This document shows, piece by piece, positions 59,674 to 64,000 of a DNA stretch of 64,000 nt. Numbering within the stretch: the stretch's first letter is position 1; every line of letters starts with the position of its first letter. The notes under the pieces are model-generated. The model saw only the letters and a list, made by a program, of their open reading frames with translations, made no database searches and had not been told where the DNA came from. A program made the position numbers and the translations under genes. This DNA comes from Candidatus Versatilivorator sp. Lineage in GTDB: Bacteria; Acidobacteriota; Terriglobia; Versatilivoradales; Versatilivoraceae. Where the stretch lies: NCBI GenBank assembly GCA_965207735.1, contig OZ242296.1, positions 3,904,001 through 3,968,000 of the forward strand, read 5' to 3'.

Positions 59674-60549
59674 ATGAAATTCGCCATGCACAACTGGATG
59701 CGCCAGGAACCCATTGAAACCACCATTGAACGTCTCCACCGCCTCGGGTATGACGGGATCGAGATCAGCGGAGAACCGACCCAATATGATACAAGCCACG
59801 TCGCCGGATTGCTGGAAAAGTACCGGCTGGCCTGCTGGGGCTCACACAGCATCATGATGCCGGGGCGGGACCTGGTGTCCGAGGAGGCGTCGGTTCGGGA
59901 CGAAACGGTGGAATACATGCAGGCCTGCGTGCGCATGGTTCATGAGCTCGGAGGATCGATTTTCGTGATCTTCCCCAGCGAGTGCAACCGGCTCGCCCGG
60001 GTGGCCAATCCCGACCAGGAGTGGCGCTGGGGGATCGAGGGAGTCCGCCGGATTGCCGAATATGCGGCCGAGCGCGGCATTCGCGTGGGCATCGAAGCCC
60101 TGAACCGGTTCGAGACCCATTTCATCAACCGCCACGATCAAGCCCTGGCCTTGGCCGACGAGGTGGGGCCGGAAGTGGGCGTGGCGCTGGATGCCTTTCA
60201 CATGAACATCGAGGAAGTCGATCCCCTGCAGGCCATACGCAACGTGGGCTCGCGCCTGATCGACTTCCACGTGGCCGATAACAACCGGCGGCCGCCGGGA
60301 CAGGGAAGCTACGACTGGAAAGCGGTGATTCGGACCCTGCGCGAGGTGGGGTACGACGCCTACCTCACCCAGGAGTTTGTCAATCCCATCGATCGAACCC
60401 CCCTTGGAGTCCGGAAGGACACCGGTTCGGGAGAGGTCTCGGCCGATATGCTGAAATTCCTGCAGGACCACGGGTCGGGCGTGCTCAGCGCCGAGGAGTA
60501 CGACGAATCGGTCCGGCAAGGCATTACCTACCTGAAGACGCTCGTGTGA
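59674..60549 (+). CDS. Sugar phosphate isomerase/epimerase (xylose isomerase-like TIM barrel)
   Basis: GYDGIEI, EALNRFE, DAFHMNIEE, HVADNNR. Confidence 0.88.
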   Translation: MKFAMHNWMRQEPIETTIERLHRLGYDGIEISGEPTQYDTSHVAGLLEKYRLACWGSHSIMMPGRDLVSEEASVRDETVEYMQACVRMVHELGGSIFVIFPSECNRLARVANPDQEWRWGIEGVRRIAEYAAERGIRVGIEALNRFETHFINRHDQALALADEVGPEVGVALDAFHMNIEEVDPLQAIRNVGSRLIDFHVADNNRRPPGQGSYDWKAVIRTLREVGYDAYLTQEFVNPIDRTPLGVRKDTGSGEVSADMLKFLQDHGSGVLSAEEYDESVRQGITYLKTLV

Positions 60550-60559
60550 AGACCGCCTG

Positions 60560-60982
60560 TCAGACGTGCAGAACGATCCATTGGCGTTCCACCGTCACCG
60601 GGAAGGTCTCCACCCTGGGCTCATTCTCCATTTGGGACCCTGAACAGGCGGGTTCCACCGTCACCGGATAGACCTTCAGCTTCACACGGTCCGGTTTGAA
60701 GACCGACTTGCCGGTTGTCAAATCGAACTCCCACCCGTGCCAGGGGCAGCGGATGATCCGGCCTTCGAGGCCGTAGCGGAACTCTCCGACCGGGGAGGGC
60801 AGCATGGTGCCGGTCACTTGCCCCAGGCAGAGGGGGCCTCTTTGGTGGGGGCAGAGGTTCAGCAGCGCGTGGTAGCTGCCCCCGACGTTGAAGACGCCGA
60901 TGGAACGGCCGTCGGCATCCACGATCTTTCGCTCTCCCGGCTGCAGCTCCTCGGTGGTGCACACCCTGTACCGCTTAGCCAT
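60560..60982 (-). CDS. Rieske [2Fe-2S] protein
   Basis: CPH and CPWHGW. Confidence 0.92.
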   Translation of the reverse strand: MAKRYRVCTTEELQPGERKIVDADGRSIGVFNVGGSYHALLNLCPHQRGPLCLGQVTGTMLPSPVGEFRYGLEGRIIRCPWHGWEFDLTTGKSVFKPDRVKLKVYPVTVEPACSGSQMENEPRVETFPVTVERQWIVLHV

Positions 60983-62120
60983 TCCTTCGCTCCCCGCCCT
61001 CCGGGGCTTGGATGTCCAGGCCGTAGAGTTCCTGGGCGTTGCGCCAGAAAATGCGTTCTCCCAGCTCTTTCGGGACCTTGGGAAAGGCCGCGAACGGAGA
61101 ATCGAAGTCCCAGTGGGGATAGTCGCTGGCGAACATCAGGACCCGGTCGGCTCGCATCATCTCGAACAGTTCCAGCAACTGTGAAGTCTTGGGTGGCTCT
61201 TCGATGGGCTGGCTGGTAAAGCGCACGTGGTCGAGAATGGTCTCGCTGGGCAGGCGCTTCAACCAGGGGGTTTGAATCCGCAGAGCCTTGTAGTTCTTGT
61301 CGAAGCGCCACATCAAGTGGGGGACCCAGCCGAATCCGCCTTCGATGCAGACGAATTTGAGCTTGGGAAACTTCTCGAATACCCCTTCCGAGACCAGGCT
61401 GACTAGTTGGGCCATGTAGCTCTGACTGATGTTGGTGTGTTTTTCGAAGTAGCTGGACGGGTATCCGGCCGAGCTGGGCGGCCCGGAGATTCCCGATCCC
61501 TCGTGGCCGGGATGTATCGCCACCGGCAGGTTGCATTCCTGGGCGGCCTCGTAGACGGCATGGTAGAAGGGGTTCCCGTAGGGGATGCGCGAGGCCGAGG
61601 TCATGATCGTCTGCTTGATGCGCGGGTGCCCGCCCAGCCGGCGGATTTCCCGGGCCGCCGCGGGCGGGTTCTGAGGCGCAATCACCAGGGAGCCGAACAG
61701 GCGCGGGTCCTCGCCGAGCCAGGCCTCGATCAACCAGTCGTTGTAGGCCCGAGCCATCACCGGGGCATAGTAGTAGTCGGCCGAGGTGCCGATGCCCACG
61801 ATCTCGGCGCCCGTCAGGATGGCGTAGTCGAGGTCGTAGGCGTCCAGCAGTTGCTTGCGCAGCGTCTGGTAGCAGGAGCCGGGAGGCCCGCCCCTGGGGG
61901 GAAAGGCATCGCGCCGCAGTACCCCGATCGGATTGGCGTAACCGGTGCCGGCCGTGTCCGGAATGGGGAATCCGCGCTCGCGCATTCCGGCGGGCAGATA
62001 AGGCTTGAGATCGTCCCAGGAACGGGGCTGGGTGTGAACGTCGGTGTCGATCAGGGGCAGGCGTCGGTCTCGCTTCCTGCCGGCCTTTCTTGTGGGATTG
62101 GCGCTCCCTTGCTGGCCCAT
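60975..62120 (-). CDS. Amidohydrolase 2 family protein
   Basis: IDTDVH, YNDW, IHP, FASDYPHWD; start at MGQQG. Confidence 0.88.
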   Translation of the reverse strand: MGQQGSANPTRKAGRKRDRRLPLIDTDVHTQPRSWDDLKPYLPAGMRERGFPIPDTAGTGYANPIGVLRRDAFPPRGGPPGSCYQTLRKQLLDAYDLDYAILTGAEIVGIGTSADYYYAPVMARAYNDWLIEAWLGEDPRLFGSLVIAPQNPPAAAREIRRLGGHPRIKQTIMTSASRIPYGNPFYHAVYEAAQECNLPVAIHPGHEGSGISGPPSSAGYPSSYFEKHTNISQSYMAQLVSLVSEGVFEKFPKLKFVCIEGGFGWVPHLMWRFDKNYKALRIQTPWLKRLPSETILDHVRFTSQPIEEPPKTSQLLELFEMMRADRVLMFASDYPHWDFDSPFAAFPKVPKELGERIFWRNAQELYGLDIQAPEGGERRNG

Positions 62121-62274
62121 GGTCTCTCCGGCGGTTCTCAAACGATGGGAAGTTTGCAACCCATGGAGCGAACGCTGTCGCTCATGTCCGGTCCCCTCAA
62201 ACTGTACCGTTTCCGGCATTTTCTCCCGATCGGGACCCAAAAGACAACGGGTTCCCGTATCCGGCGGGACTTGC

Positions 62275-63330
62275 CTTGCCTGATACAAAGGAAAAAAGAC
62301 AAAGGGAAAAAGAGCTATCCACGAAGACACACGAAGAACGACGAAGGGCCACTAAGGCGTTGAGGTGAACCGCGACGGGATACCAAGGTCGCGAAAGGAT
62401 TATCGATTTCTGATAGTTTCACTCTCGAATGATCCGCCCGGCAGGGAAGGGGCCGGACTGTTTTGTAATTGATAATCCCCGGGCGAACGCCCGGGCGACC
62501 CATTGAGCCGCGGAGCGGCGGCAGCAGGTAGCCGTGGGCGTAAGCCCATGGAAAGGGGTAGCTCCACGTCGAGCCGCGAAGGCGGCGACAGCAGAGGGCC
62601 GAAAGCGCGAGGCCCCGGAGACCGGCTCTCCTGAGACAAAAGAAAAAGAGGAATCCACGAAGGGCCACGAAGAACGACGAAGGACCACTAAGGCGTTGAG
62701 GTGAACCGCAACGGGATACCAAGGTCGCGAAGGGATAGCCGATTTCTGATTGTTTCACTCTCGAATGATCCGCACACCAGGGAAGGGGCCGGACTTACCT
62801 GAGAATATGCTGCTTTAGCCGGCTTCCTTGAGAGCGGCGAAGCCGCGGCAGCACTTAGCCGTGGGCGTCAGCCCATGGGAAACGTCGCCTATGGGTTCGA
62901 GCCGCGTAGGCGGCGGTAGCAAATGCCGGTGAGCCCAAGTGAAGCACAAGCCGACGCAATGATGTTAATTTGAAACAACGCCTTGTGCCGGGTGGCGGAA
63001 AATCCGTTCAAAGTCCAGCATCGTCAGACGGCTAATTTACATGGATGGACAGGATTATTGGGCGAGAGTTTCCACCGTCTTGAGTTCAACCATCGCCTCT
63101 GTTCCAACACGGATTTCCCAGAACCCGCTCCCGGGCTCTTGGATCACTTCCAACACCCACCCGATCATCAAGCGGGTCTGCTTCTGTGGCACAGCCTCTC
63201 GTGCCGTTTGTCCTGTTTATCCTGTGCATCCATGTTCAATAAGTAGAAAACCGGTCTTGCACGACATGGCCCTTGTTCTCGACAGGCCATGAAGATTCGT
63301 TGTTTCACTCTCGCATGATCCGCACGCGGG
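62275..63330 (-). repeat. Second array of units with IS110-type ends, interleaved with REP-like hairpins
   Basis: Left ends near 62415-62460, 62750-62806, 63299-63325; two 183 bp-type units; AGCCGTGGGCGT(A/C)AGCCCATGG near 62530 and 62857. Confidence 0.75.
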
Positions 63331-63459
63331 GACGGAGAAGCGGCTAACCTCCGTGGCGGGCGCGGAGTTCGTCAAAAGCCTGTCCGATTCCGAGGGAGTC
63401 CGGGTATACTCCGGGACGGAAGGCAGCAACCTGCAACCGTTCAACTGAAAGGGATTTCC

Positions 63460-64000
63460 ATGCGCATACCGGATCTGGTGGCCATCGTCACAGGCGGCGC
63501 CGGGGCTGTCGGCGGCGGCATCTCCCGCTGCCTGGCTCGGGAGGGCGCCCACATCGTGGTCGCCGACATTGCCCTGGAGCCTGCGGAAAAGCGCGCCGAA
63601 GAGATCCGCGGGATGGGGCGGCGGTCTCTGGCGGTCAAGGCCGACATCACCTTGGAAAAGGACTGTCAGGAGCTGGTCCGGGCATCCTTGAAGGAGTTCG
63701 GGCGCATTGACATCCTGGTCAACAACGCCGGCCATTTCGGCGACCGCCTGGGGTTGCCCTTCACCAATCAGACCGAGGAGGAGTGGGACGACAATTACAC
63801 CATTAACGTCAAGGGCCCCTTCTTCCTCTGCAAGGCGGTAGCTCCACACATGATGGAGCGCCGTTCCGGCAAGATCATCAACATCTCCTCGATCGCCGCC
63901 AAGCGCGATCCCCAGATCGTGCCGGCCTACGCCGCCGGCAAGAACGCCCTGCTCACCCTCACCCGCATCGTGGCCAAGGACCTGGCTCCCTACAACATCA
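63460..64000 (+). CDS. SDR family oxidoreductase (runs off the window)
   Basis: TGGAGAVG, LVNNAG, YAAGK. Confidence 0.9.
   Translation, partial: MRIPDLVAIVTGGAGAVGGGISRCLAREGAHIVVADIALEPAEKRAEEIRGMGRRSLAVKADITLEKDCQELVRASLKEFGRIDILVNNAGHFGDRLGLPFTNQTEEEWDDNYTINVKGPFFLCKAVAPHMMERRSGKIINISSIAAKRDPQIVPAYAAGKNALLTLTRIVAKDLAPYNI

Overview
GC-rich bacterial chromosome segment (gene content loosely Acidobacteria-like, not provable here). Housekeeping and metabolic genes occupy about 1-29 kb and 55.7-64 kb: dus fragment, E2/E3 of a 2-oxoacid dehydrogenase, TonB receptor, purA, glgA, rsmA, trxB, ftsK, uppP, rnj, MFS, GGT, Rieske/amidohydrolase. Between them lies an accessory defence region (about 29.3-54.3 kb), most of it bracketed by two near-identical 1.3 kb copies of a beta-propeller gene 23,090 bp apart. 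It holds several toxin-antitoxin pairs, a coupled four-gene operon (unknown protein, QueC-like, HTH-IrrE peptidase, PIN), a broken PIN-like/transmembrane gene, and a type I RM locus. In that locus hsdS is split by IS1182 and IS1380 at one CTAG, and cassettes (including a putative ART-like triad) sit between hsdM and hsdS, separated by decayed copies of the hsdM 3' end. An ORF-less group II intron lies inside the IS1380 terminal repeat and its EBS loops are complementary to that repeat. An IS110 recombinase occupies one slot of a head-to-tail array of non-coding units that share its ends. No rRNA, tRNA or CRISPR array was seen. All calls come from reading motifs by eye; no searches were run.
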